Source of the DNA: Rickettsiaceae bacterium
GTDB taxonomy: Bacteria; Pseudomonadota; Alphaproteobacteria; Rickettsiales; Rickettsiaceae
Assembly (NCBI GenBank): GCA_033763595.1
Contig: JANRKH010000021.1
Coordinates: 886-64,885 of the forward strand
Length of the DNA: 64,000 nucleotides
Direction: 5' to 3'
Made by a program: the position numbers and the translations under genes. This document shows, in pieces, positions 48,594 through 58,073 of this stretch (position 1 is its first letter; each line of letters starts with the position of its first letter). The notes below the pieces were generated by a model. The model was given only the letters and a program-made list of their open reading frames with translations, did not search any database and had not been told where the DNA came from.

Positions 48594-51101
48594 CTAAAAT
48601 TTATAATTATAGAAGAAAGGGGTAGATACTATCGATCTTTTATCTCCAAGAACTTGGCCGATGATAGGCAGCCTACTCACGAGATAGTTTACACCGTAAA
48701 GAGACGGCGCAACATTACCGACTAAGTGCACCTTCCTTTTGTTTAAATCGATTGTACCCTTAGTACTAAAATTAAAAAACGGACCTCTGGCTCTCATTTC
48801 TTGCAAATTTATAACATTTGCTTGCAGTAAAACCAAAGAATTGACTTTATCAAAATGCACATCTTTATTGGTTAGTGCACCTATGAGCCCAGGCACCGAT
48901 ATAAATGAAATAATTTTAGTAAGGAAATCATTGTTGGCTGAATCTATATTATAAATCTCAAAGCTTCCGTGTGACAGATGCTCTATATTGTGATTTAGGT
49001 ATATAGGCGAACTCATAATAAGTTTCAACGTGCCGCCTTTAATCTTGTTTGACAGATTGAGTGAGGCAAGTAGTTTGCCAGTATTATTAGTCTCTAGAGC
49101 CCATACGTTGTAATCTTCTTGTAATTTTAGTCGTAAGAAGAAATCTTTATTATCAATAGAACTATTAAATTTAGCTATTTTGCAAGCTTTAGTGCTACAT
49201 TCGAAATCTGCAAGTACTCCAAGATAACTAATATTATTTTTCATTTTAATTTCATCTACATTTGCCTTCACTTTAAAGATACTAAGCGCACTTGAGTTAT
49301 CCTTGAAATATTCTTGATAATTAAAGTCCGATAAATCAACCTTTTTACCAGATAGATCAACAGAAATTGCCTTATTTCGAATAGATGCCTTGAGAACGAA
49401 GTCATTATTAAGATATTTCACATTATCTAGCTCAATCTTTTGATTATCAACTTCATTTTTTATTACGCCATTAATCTTAAGATTATCCTCTCCAATCATC
49501 TCCACGAAAAAGTTATTGTAGCCGGTTGCTTGTTGTTGGTTGTAAAATGCGAATTTGGCCTTTCTTCCATCTTTTTTATTTAGTGCAAGTGGTGGTAGGT
49601 AGAAATTTAAATTATCAAGATTTGCATTTGCTGTGATTTTTTGCTTAAGATCTTTATCCAAAGATATGTTTAAATTTAGTACCGAGCTACCATCTTTAAT
49701 ATTTATAGGTAAATTACTTATATTTTCTTTTTGAAGGTAAATTTTGCTGACAATATTATACCAATAATCCTTAGGTTGATATAAATTGATAACCATAGAT
49801 GTTTGGCTAGGTAGATTATTCACCCTACCTTCTCCTTTGAAACTGAGGCTCGAGCCATCGTATTTTGCATCTAAAGTATATGCGCTAATATCAGCAAAGT
49901 AACTATCAAGATGTAAGGCAAAATCGTTGATTTTTGCGCTTATATCATATTTAATCTCGGTTCCTTGTTTAAGTGGCACAATAATTTTGACTTTAGTCTC
50001 AACTTTTCCATCGCAATTTTGTAGGTCTATGCCCCCATTCTTCAGGTAGTCCAAAGTCTTTTTATCGATGAATTCAGCAAAATATTTTGCATTTCCTTTT
50101 CCAAGGCCTTCTATGACAAATGAAGGCTCATCTTCAAGAAAATCATATTTTATAAACCCATCATTTATGACATTACTAGCTATTACAGCATCCTTGATTT
50201 TTGCTAGTAGTACCGAATCCTTAATCAAAATAGGGAGGCTTTTAGCTGTTACCTTGGGCATCTGATCGTAATATTTATAAGTTATGTCACTTACCAACAT
50301 TTCGCCTTGTACATTTGCTTTACTTACAAGAGTTTTTAACTTTTTGGGATCCAGCAACGCATCTGTAATGCTAATATCTTGGTCCTTTGCTGATACATGT
50401 ATAGAACATGATTCTAGAAAGCCTGACTCAAGCGAATAATCCAAATAATCACGTATTTTACTACTTTTGCTTAGCAAAATATCGTAAATCTTTATCGGTA
50501 GTTTACCAAGCTCCATGTCTAAAGTAACCTCCTGATCCTTAGGCTTATTTGATATTTTTTTAGATACGACTCTTACGAATCCTTTATCTATATCGAGATT
50601 GAGTTTGTCTATTTCTAGAAAATTATCATGATACAGCATGGTGCCAATCATACTAATGCTGTTTATGTTAGCTTTATTCTCAGGGATTTTTATGCTATAT
50701 ATTTTTGGTTCAATTAACGCTCTGCCTGAAAAATGGTTATAATGAATATTTGTCTCGAATTTTAACAGTGCATCTTCGTTAAGTAGAAGCTTATCAGAGG
50801 TAATTTTAAAGAGTCCTTCAGATTTAGATATAAGATCAATTAAATTATATTGTATGTGAACTTTTTCCGCTTTTAGATCTGCGCCTGCAAAGCTTAGTAC
50901 GACATCTTTGAATTTAATCTTTTTAGTTGAGGAGACGATTTTTGAGCATGAAAATTTTACCCCATTAGTTTCAGCGTAATGGTATATCATTGCTTTTGCT
51001 ACAAAGTTTCTTACAGCGGGAATAAGGAAAGAGCCCGCGCAAATTATTGCTAGAAGAAGTATGTAAAAAAAGAATTTAAGAGTTTTTAGTAAAAATGTCA
51101 T
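48594..51101 (-). CDS. large AsmA/YhdP/TamB-like envelope protein (N-terminal anchor, beta-rich body)
   Basis: 835 aa. A single N-terminal TM (FFFYILLLAIICAGSFLIPAV) is followed by a long beta-strand-rich repetitive body and a conserved-looking C-terminal block. The family call rests on architecture only. Confidence 0.5.
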   Translation of the reverse strand: MTFLLKTLKFFFYILLLAIICAGSFLIPAVRNFVAKAMIYHYAETNGVKFSCSKIVSSTKKIKFKDVVLSFAGADLKAEKVHIQYNLIDLISKSEGLFKITSDKLLLNEDALLKFETNIHYNHFSGRALIEPKIYSIKIPENKANINSISMIGTMLYHDNFLEIDKLNLDIDKGFVRVVSKKISNKPKDQEVTLDMELGKLPIKIYDILLSKSSKIRDYLDYSLESGFLESCSIHVSAKDQDISITDALLDPKKLKTLVSKANVQGEMLVSDITYKYYDQMPKVTAKSLPILIKDSVLLAKIKDAVIASNVINDGFIKYDFLEDEPSFVIEGLGKGNAKYFAEFIDKKTLDYLKNGGIDLQNCDGKVETKVKIIVPLKQGTEIKYDISAKINDFALHLDSYFADISAYTLDAKYDGSSLSFKGEGRVNNLPSQTSMVINLYQPKDYWYNIVSKIYLQKENISNLPINIKDGSSVLNLNISLDKDLKQKITANANLDNLNFYLPPLALNKKDGRKAKFAFYNQQQATGYNNFFVEMIGEDNLKINGVIKNEVDNQKIELDNVKYLNNDFVLKASIRNKAISVDLSGKKVDLSDFNYQEYFKDNSSALSIFKVKANVDEIKMKNNISYLGVLADFECSTKACKIAKFNSSIDNKDFFLRLKLQEDYNVWALETNNTGKLLASLNLSNKIKGGTLKLIMSSPIYLNHNIEHLSHGSFEIYNIDSANNDFLTKIISFISVPGLIGALTNKDVHFDKVNSLVLLQANVINLQEMRARGPFFNFSTKGTIDLNKRKVHLVGNVAPSLYGVNYLVSRLPIIGQVLGDKRSIVSTPFFYNYKF

Positions 51102-51387
51102 TTACTAGGTTTGAAAGTTAAATTTTAGCGAAACGCATCATATCAGCTCCTTGCATAATATGCCAGAATTTTACGGATTTACTTTTTAATTATTTTTGAT
51201 AGACTATGCGATCTTGCCAAGAAGTCTAATGACACATGTTCTGAAAATATACTCACAAAAAGAAATTTTGCGAATATTACATTGATGCCACGCCTATTTT
51301 TATATGGGCTTGGGCTGTATCGTCCTGTACGAAAGGGTGAATTTTGGGATTGATAAGATAATGCAACATAAACCTTAAATAGAAAAA

Positions 51388-52674
51388 ATGAAAATAGGAT
51401 GTATTGGATCTGGATATGTAGGACTTGTGAGTGCTGTAATGTTTGCGCATTTAGAGCACGAGGTGATTTGCCTTGATAAAGATATCTCAAAAATAGATGC
51501 CTTATCAAAAGGTAAATGTGTAATATATGAAAAAGATTTAGAAAAATACTTAATCGCAGCGTTAAAAAACTGTAAAATTACCTTTACAGCTTCTTATTCC
51601 GATTTATCAGGTTGTGAGGCAGTTTTTATCTGCGTTGGTACGCCTTCACTTGAGGATGGTAGTGCTGATTTATCTCAAGTTGAAAATAGTATCAAGGAGC
51701 TTGTTGAACATGTCTCAGATGAATGTCTTATAGTCATAAAATCGTCCGTTCCCCCACTTTCTGCTAATAAAATGCAAGAGATGCTTTATGCTCATGGTTT
51801 TAGGAATTTAATTGCCTCAAATCCGGAGTTTTTGAGAGAGGGTACTGCTGTACATGATTTTATGAATCCAGATAGGTTAGTGTTTGGAGGACAGGCCTCT
51901 GCTCATGAGATCCTAAACGCAATACATAAACGAATCATTGAAACGGGAGCTGAAGTTGTAACAACTGATACTATTACATCAGAGATGATAAAATATTGCT
52001 CAAATAGTTTTCTTGCAACTAAACTATCCTTTATCAATGAAATGTCAGATATATGCGAAAAAATTGGAGCAGATCCGGTGATTCTATCGAAAGGAATGGG
52101 CCTTGATAAAAGAATCGGCCCTCTATTTTTACGAATAGGGCCGGGTTACGGAGGTTCATGTTTCCCAAAAGATACTCTTGCATTAAAAGACCTTGCAACT
52201 AAGGTAGGAGCTAGCTCTAAGGTTCTTAATGCAGCGATAAATTCAAATCTTTCGAGATACAAATTAATGAGCGATAAAATTACAGATATTTGCTCAGGGC
52301 TCAAGACTCTTGCCATATTTGGCACTGCGTTCAAGGGAGGAACTGATGATATAAGAGAAAGCCCGAGCGTACATATAATTAATCTATTGGTAAAGGAGGG
52401 TTTTACTCTAAAAATTTACGATCCTGCAGCAAACGAGAATTTTAAGTTACTTAAGATTGATAATGCATATACTTATGACTCTCCTGAGGATGCTGCAAAA
52501 GATTCCTCGGCAATAATAATACTAACTGATTGGGATGTATTTGCTTCATTAAACTTCGATAGAATAGGCAGTAATATGAAAAACAGGATTTTGATAGATC
52601 TTAGAAGAGTTGCGGATACTCAGCGTGCAAAACAAGCCGGTTTTAAAATTTTCTTAGTAGGAGATAAAGAATAG
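51388..52674 (+). CDS. udg: UDP-glucose 6-dehydrogenase
   Basis: N-terminal IGSGYVGL Rossmann motif and catalytic Cys motif GGSCFPKD. 428 aa. Confidence 0.92.
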   Translation: MKIGCIGSGYVGLVSAVMFAHLEHEVICLDKDISKIDALSKGKCVIYEKDLEKYLIAALKNCKITFTASYSDLSGCEAVFICVGTPSLEDGSADLSQVENSIKELVEHVSDECLIVIKSSVPPLSANKMQEMLYAHGFRNLIASNPEFLREGTAVHDFMNPDRLVFGGQASAHEILNAIHKRIIETGAEVVTTDTITSEMIKYCSNSFLATKLSFINEMSDICEKIGADPVILSKGMGLDKRIGPLFLRIGPGYGGSCFPKDTLALKDLATKVGASSKVLNAAINSNLSRYKLMSDKITDICSGLKTLAIFGTAFKGGTDDIRESPSVHIINLLVKEGFTLKIYDPAANENFKLLKIDNAYTYDSPEDAAKDSSAIIILTDWDVFASLNFDRIGSNMKNRILIDLRRVADTQRAKQAGFKIFLVGDKE

Positions 52675-52738
52675 AATAGTTAGTCTTAAATGGCACGAGT
52701 TTTGCTTGGTTACTTGGATCACGTAAAAATACTAAATA

Positions 52739-55351
52739 ATGTCGCCAGCTATAAGTAATATCCCCGGACTTGGAGGTAACGCATATAGTCAAAAATCAAG
52801 CGCTCAATACGCAAATAAAACAAGAAGTACCTCAAGAGATTATACTGGCGCTTTTGACCCAAAAAATCTTAATATTTCCATAAATGATGAAATTTCATTA
52901 GACCCTCTTATTAGTGCAAAAAAGGAGAAAATAGATAAATTAGAAAATCAAATAGAAGTCAATGATAAGAAATATCAGTTACTCAATCAGCTTAAGCTAA
53001 TGTGCGTTTCCTTAAGTAAGGCAGCAAATTTCCTAAGAGCCCCGCTTGATGTTTCCTTTAATGCTTTTGCGCAAACAGGTGCAACCATATCCACTAATGA
53101 ATCTAATGGAACGGCCGAGGACTATCTCACAGTGGATCCAGGCAATAGTCTTATTTCAAAGTCATTTGACGTTGCAATAGATAGGCTCGCAACTCATGAT
53201 GTTATTACAATTGGAACATCAAATCTCACAGAACCCACTTCTGTTAACACAGCAATAAATGGGACAGTGACTAATACCACTGATGCTGCTGCAAATGCTC
53301 TGGCTGCTGTAGGTGTAAATGTCGATGCTAGAGGACTGCCTGTCAATCCTTATTCATATCAGCTATATCAACTTTGTCTTGATGCGATTGCTTCTGGCGG
53401 TACTCTTGGTAATTTAAAAACAGATGCTGCGAATTTGTTATCTAGCATGGGGCAAATGCCTATAAGCTTTGGATTTACAAATTTATCAACCTCCGCAGTC
53501 AATACAGGGACTAAATTAGAGCCTGGAGATTACTACTTCTACAGTATGCCACGATGGCAGTTTGTACCTATTGACATAAAAAACCTTATCAATGATGCAA
53601 ATCAAGTGAATGTGGCAATTCAAGCAATAGGAACGGATCCAATAACTCGCGCTAACATTACGGCTGCTATTGCGGGAATTGGAGTCCTGACTTACGACGT
53701 AAATGGACTACCATCTAATAATCAATTTGCATACGACATAGCATATGCAGCCTGGAATTCTGCAGGAGTAGGAGGAAACGTAGCAGCTACTGTAAAAGCC
53801 GCGGCATCAACTGTTGCAACGCCTTTAAATGCAAGGCTAGCAGCAAATAATCTGGTAAATACCTATGGCGCAAATGATGAGGTGCGTAAAAATAAATGGG
53901 TTCTGGACCTATTAGATGATATACAAACAGCATCGGTTTTAAGTGGCGCAACTCTTGCAAGCGTAACAACAGCGGTCAATGACTCATTTACAGCTTATAA
54001 AAATTATTGCAAAGTGACTCTCGTAGAAAACGATACGCTAAGAGATGTTGTAGATAAAATATCTAAGACTAGTGCGTATTCAGGAGTAAAAGCAGTCGCA
54101 GAACCAAATGGTGCAAATGGATATTTATTATTAATCACTGGCCTTCAAACCGGTAGTGATTATAAAATTGGAATTTACAATTCAGCTAATGTAGAAAAAA
54201 CTCAGGATCTACTTGTAAATCTTCAATCTAGTAGATCTCCTGCCTTAAAATCAAGAATACGCAAGGGTATTTATCCTGCGCTTGCTCCAATTATGCATAA
54301 TTCAAATGAAATTTTAGACGAAGAGCAAGGTTATACTGTTACTTTAAAAAAAGTGAACACTACTGGTAAATATCAATCTATAAAAATTGATCATAAATCA
54401 ACAATACCAATAGAATATATTAAGCAATTCTTCAGTGCAGCTGAAGAAATATATAATTTTATACAAGAGAATTCCGCGCTCGAGACATCTATTGGATATG
54501 ACCAAATGGTATTTTATTCAATATCAGATGATGCGGTATTAAGAGACGAGAGATCTGTTATTGATGGGTTAAAATACATATTTGACTATATTACATTAAA
54601 ATCAGTGCCGTATAATGACGGAGGTTATTCTTCTGTGCAAGATATTGGCATTTCTGTAGAGGAATCTATTGATAATTCATCCAAATTAACAACAAGAAAT
54701 ACAATTGTTATAGATGAGGAAGATTTAGACAGAGCTTTGAAAAAAAATTACGATCAGGTAGCTAGGATTTTTGAGTTTAGATATGAATCATCAGATGTAA
54801 GTCTTGGTGTAACAACACATGATGGTAATTTTTCTGATATACCAAAATTAAGAGTATCTATACATATAGTAGGAGATTTAGGGCCTAATAATAAACAAGT
54901 TAAGATTGAGGTTTTGAATACTGACAATACAGTGGCATATACTATTTATCAGGATCTTGTCGGTTCAGGTGCTCCTTATATGATAGATTGCGGCGGAGGA
55001 ACAACAGACCACGAAATAAAAGGTTTATATTTGAGTTATAATTCTACAATTAATAAAGATAATATTATTATAACATTATATCAAGGAATAGCAGACTGGT
55101 CTTACGGTCTTTTAATACCATACGCAGGAGATAATATATATAGCTCCAGTCATATTATTGGCGATAGGCTTGGAACGTTAAAAGAAGTAAATTCCGGATA
55201 TGCAACTGATATATCACTACTAAATAATGAAATAGAGAGAATGAGCGCGCAAAGATCTGAAGAAATAGGACGTGCAAAAGGCAGGGCTGACCATTATATT
55301 GCCAATCAAAAAATATTAACAGCCTATTTGGATTCATTTACTAGTAAATAA
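52739..55351 (+). CDS. fliD: flagellar filament cap protein FliD (hook-associated protein 2), unusually long
   Basis: N-terminal coiled-coil segment, then SFDVAIDRLATHDVITIG (compare E. coli YTISVTHLAQAQTLTT). Central TLRDVVDKISKTS..SGVKAVAEPNGANGYLLLITGLQTGSDYKI corresponds to SGIRDAINNAKAGVSASIINVGNGEYRLSVTSNDTG. C-terminal coiled coil is present, and fliS follows. Confidence 0.75.
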   Translation: MSPAISNIPGLGGNAYSQKSSAQYANKTRSTSRDYTGAFDPKNLNISINDEISLDPLISAKKEKIDKLENQIEVNDKKYQLLNQLKLMCVSLSKAANFLRAPLDVSFNAFAQTGATISTNESNGTAEDYLTVDPGNSLISKSFDVAIDRLATHDVITIGTSNLTEPTSVNTAINGTVTNTTDAAANALAAVGVNVDARGLPVNPYSYQLYQLCLDAIASGGTLGNLKTDAANLLSSMGQMPISFGFTNLSTSAVNTGTKLEPGDYYFYSMPRWQFVPIDIKNLINDANQVNVAIQAIGTDPITRANITAAIAGIGVLTYDVNGLPSNNQFAYDIAYAAWNSAGVGGNVAATVKAAASTVATPLNARLAANNLVNTYGANDEVRKNKWVLDLLDDIQTASVLSGATLASVTTAVNDSFTAYKNYCKVTLVENDTLRDVVDKISKTSAYSGVKAVAEPNGANGYLLLITGLQTGSDYKIGIYNSANVEKTQDLLVNLQSSRSPALKSRIRKGIYPALAPIMHNSNEILDEEQGYTVTLKKVNTTGKYQSIKIDHKSTIPIEYIKQFFSAAEEIYNFIQENSALETSIGYDQMVFYSISDDAVLRDERSVIDGLKYIFDYITLKSVPYNDGGYSSVQDIGISVEESIDNSSKLTTRNTIVIDEEDLDRALKKNYDQVARIFEFRYESSDVSLGVTTHDGNFSDIPKLRVSIHIVGDLGPNNKQVKIEVLNTDNTVAYTIYQDLVGSGAPYMIDCGGGTTDHEIKGLYLSYNSTINKDNIIITLYQGIADWSYGLLIPYAGDNIYSSSHIIGDRLGTLKEVNSGYATDISLLNNEIERMSAQRSEEIGRAKGRADHYIANQKILTAYLDSFTSK

Positions 55352-55352
55352 C

Positions 55353-55844
55353 ATGAATTACGCGGACACAATAAAAAAATATCAGCAAACTTTTGCAACC
55401 GGCAGAACAACACAGGAGCTTATGGTAATGGTTCTTGAAAAATGCTCAAATCACATTAAAAACGCCAAAAAAGCCCTCGAGGCCAAAGATTATGTTACAC
55501 TTGGTAAAAACATAGTAAATGCAGTTGAAATTACGAAGAATCTTGCTAAAATGGTAATAGTCAAGGACTCTGTTCCCGGAAGTGCAGAACTATTAAAAAT
55601 ATACGATAATATCTCATATTTACTTGAAAATTTGATCTCGTCAAAGGCCCCGCCAAGTGCGTTTGATCAATTTATTTATTTTTTTGATTCCATGAAGAAT
55701 ATGGTTAAAAATATGGATGCTAACTCATTAAATAAAGTCGCATCTTCAACATCTACTAATTTTGCATCAAGTCAGGATGCGCAGGCAAGAGTAGAAAACA
55801 ATCCGGAAAAGACCTTGGAGACTAAGCTCGAGTTAATTTCCTAG
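55353..55844 (+). CDS. fliS: flagellar export chaperone FliS
   Basis: Pattern YQQ......T.QELMVMVLEK....IK.AK.ALE..D......NIV.A.EI..NL fits the FliS four-helix bundle. Starts 2 nt after the fliD stop. Confidence 0.65.
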   Translation: MNYADTIKKYQQTFATGRTTQELMVMVLEKCSNHIKNAKKALEAKDYVTLGKNIVNAVEITKNLAKMVIVKDSVPGSAELLKIYDNISYLLENLISSKAPPSAFDQFIYFFDSMKNMVKNMDANSLNKVASSTSTNFASSQDAQARVENNPEKTLETKLELIS

Positions 55845-55849
55845 TTTTA

Positions 55850-56920
55850 ATGCTTATATATCAGAGATACATTTTTCACAATATTGCATGGCCATATGTT
55901 TTTTGTTTATCAGTAATTACTGGTATCCTATGGTTGAATCAAATTTTAAAGCTCATTTTTTTGTTTGAAAGACAGATTTTTATTTCTGAGTTTATTTTTC
56001 TTACAACGCTCATCATACCTTCCTTACTGCACGGCATATCTCCATTTGCAATATTATACGCAACAATTTTTGGATATAATAGATTAAAAATAAATAAGGA
56101 ATTAACAGCATTTGAAGCATGTGGAATTGATAAATTTGGAATTATTACTCCTATTATCAAACTTAGTGGCATAATAACTATGCTTGCTATATTCAATGCT
56201 TCAATTGTAATGCCATTTTGTTTTAGTGTACTAAAAGATAAAGTAAGCGCTTATAGAAATAGCCTTGCACTGTCTGTGGTTGAGGAGGGTATGTTTACTA
56301 ATTTGTCAAAAAAACTTGTATTATTCCTCAATAACAAGAGTGATGATGGAAATTTTCACGGCATAATTTTATTTGATTACAGAAATTCAAGTACTCCAGC
56401 TATATTATTCGCAAAAGATGGTAGTCTATCTAATGTGGATAATAATTTCACGCTAAACCTTTCGGACGGATATAGGCAATCTATCAGTAAATCAGGAGGA
56501 CATGAGTTTATGAGCTTTGAGAAATTTAAGGTAAATCTAGCTAGTGAAAAATACAAAAAAAGAGGATTTTTTGATAAGGATATTTTGGAGCACTACTTAT
56601 GGTATTTACTGAACCCATATAAACATATTAGTGAACACAAGGCTAGGTTTATAGCAGAAGGTCATAGTAGGATCGTATGGTCTCTGATGAATATATTGCT
56701 GCCATTTTTTTCTGGTGTGTTATTTATAATGCAAGGGTTAGAAAATACGAATGGTATAAAGTATGTTATTTTTTCAATAGGACTGTCTATGTTGTATGTA
56801 TTAGTGCATTTTTTGGCACTCGCATCTGCGTTTAAAAATAGCACAATAAATATAATTTTATATTTGAATATTTTGACCGGCCTTGCGATCTCTTATTTTC
56901 TTGCAAATAGAAAATATTAG
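55850..56920 (+). CDS. LPS export permease, LptF/LptG (YjgP/YjgQ) family
   Basis: 356 aa. N-terminus MLIYQRYIF..., three TM helices, periplasmic beta-jellyroll region, three further TM helices. Confidence 0.8.
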   Translation: MLIYQRYIFHNIAWPYVFCLSVITGILWLNQILKLIFLFERQIFISEFIFLTTLIIPSLLHGISPFAILYATIFGYNRLKINKELTAFEACGIDKFGIITPIIKLSGIITMLAIFNASIVMPFCFSVLKDKVSAYRNSLALSVVEEGMFTNLSKKLVLFLNNKSDDGNFHGIILFDYRNSSTPAILFAKDGSLSNVDNNFTLNLSDGYRQSISKSGGHEFMSFEKFKVNLASEKYKKRGFFDKDILEHYLWYLLNPYKHISEHKARFIAEGHSRIVWSLMNILLPFFSGVLFIMQGLENTNGIKYVIFSIGLSMLYVLVHFLALASAFKNSTINIILYLNILTGLAISYFLANRKY

Positions 56921-56989
56921 TTTTCTAACCGCAAAAGATCAAATCCAATTTTTAAGTACTGCTACTCTAATATACTTGGTGTTATTATT

Positions 56990-57216
56990 AGACCTCTCCT
57001 AACAACTCTGCTCCCAGACGCAATTGCGCCACCCGCGCCGAATAGCGCAAGGATCCTCAGGTACTCATTAGGCCTCTTCGGAAACTCGCTCCTGGCGTGC
57101 AAGTAGCTGGCGCAGGCGGAGCGCAAAACCGCAGCGTACATGAGGTACGTGAGGATTCTGCTATACTTGCGCAGGCGGCGCAATTGCCTCTGGGAGTAGA
57201 GTGTCCGGAGAGGTCT
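56990..57216. repeat. family-D repeat locus: full copy (about 57069..57216) plus an inverted partial copy (56990..57064)
   Basis: Arms 56990..57064 and 57145..57216 are imperfect reverse complements (AGACCTCTCCTAACAACTCTGCTCCCAGACGCAATTGCGCC... / ...GGCGCAATTGCCTCTGGGAGTAGAGTGTCCGGAGAGGTCT). An extra terminus fragment lies at 57270..57290. Confidence 0.8.
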
Positions 57217-57698
57217 ATTTACACCTAGCGGTTCAGCGCTTCGCGCTCGACTATGACTTGTTCATAAGAAGTGAGTTTTCGTAGAGGTCTATTATTATTT
57301 TCACTCTTGAATTTGATATTATATAGTGAGTTTTTTAAGAAGTCCTATAGAAAACATAAATTTATCACAATACAGTAAAAAATTGTTGGTAATTGTAAAA
57401 TTATTTTGCTTTAATATAATAATACGAGCTGAATTAATAGGTTTTACGTTTTTTCACTTTAAAATGAAAATTGTTATAGTAGAATTGCGCCTACTATCAG
57501 AATATGTGTTGCAGGTAATACAAGAATTGCATTTGATCCAAAATGCTGATTTAAAATAATGAAGCGTGAAAACCTCAGTATATTGAAATAATATGAGGGG
57601 TGAGAGCATCATAAAATGAAATGCAAATTTAAAATCAAGAAGCAATTCTAGTATGAGCAGTAAACCAATAAACATAAATTATAAATCATGAGGATTCG

Positions 57699-58073
57699 AT
57701 GCCAAAAATTCTAGTTGTTGAAGATAACGAGTTGAATATGAAGTTGTTTAGAGATTTGCTAGGCTTAATTAATTGCGACGTACTTGGTACGATGACCGGC
57801 ACTGATGCTTTAGAATTATGTAGAAATCACTCTCCAGATTTAATTTTAATGGATATTCAGCTTGATGGTATTTCTGGTATAGACTTAATCAAAGATATAA
57901 AGTCGGATAAAAAAATGCAGAATATACCAATCATAGCAATTACTGCATATGCTATGAAAAACGAAGAAGCTAAAATATTGCAATCAGGCTGCGATAAATA
58001 TTTGTCGAAGCCAGTTTCGATAGAGGTTTTTTTATCGGCAGTAAAAGAACACTTAAGTATAAATACAAAATGA
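57699..58073 (+). CDS. divK: single-domain response regulator DivK
   Basis: Near-collinear match by eye to Caulobacter DivK (ILVVEDNELNMKLF.DLL, PDLILMDIQL, ITAYAMK, YLSKP.S). 124 aa. Confidence 0.9.
   Translation: MPKILVVEDNELNMKLFRDLLGLINCDVLGTMTGTDALELCRNHSPDLILMDIQLDGISGIDLIKDIKSDKKMQNIPIIAITAYAMKNEEAKILQSGCDKYLSKPVSIEVFLSAVKEHLSINTK

Noticed and set aside
51179-51508. 109-aa minus-strand ORF overlapping the udg start
   Set aside because: It overlaps a well-supported gene and its upstream region, has an odd composition, and I recognise no family.
57326-57675. Two small overlapping ORFs (57326..57559 + and 57454..57675 -) upstream of divK
   Set aside because: They are AT-rich intergenic read-throughs on opposite strands, with Phe/Ile/Leu/Lys-dominated translations and no ribosome-binding context.
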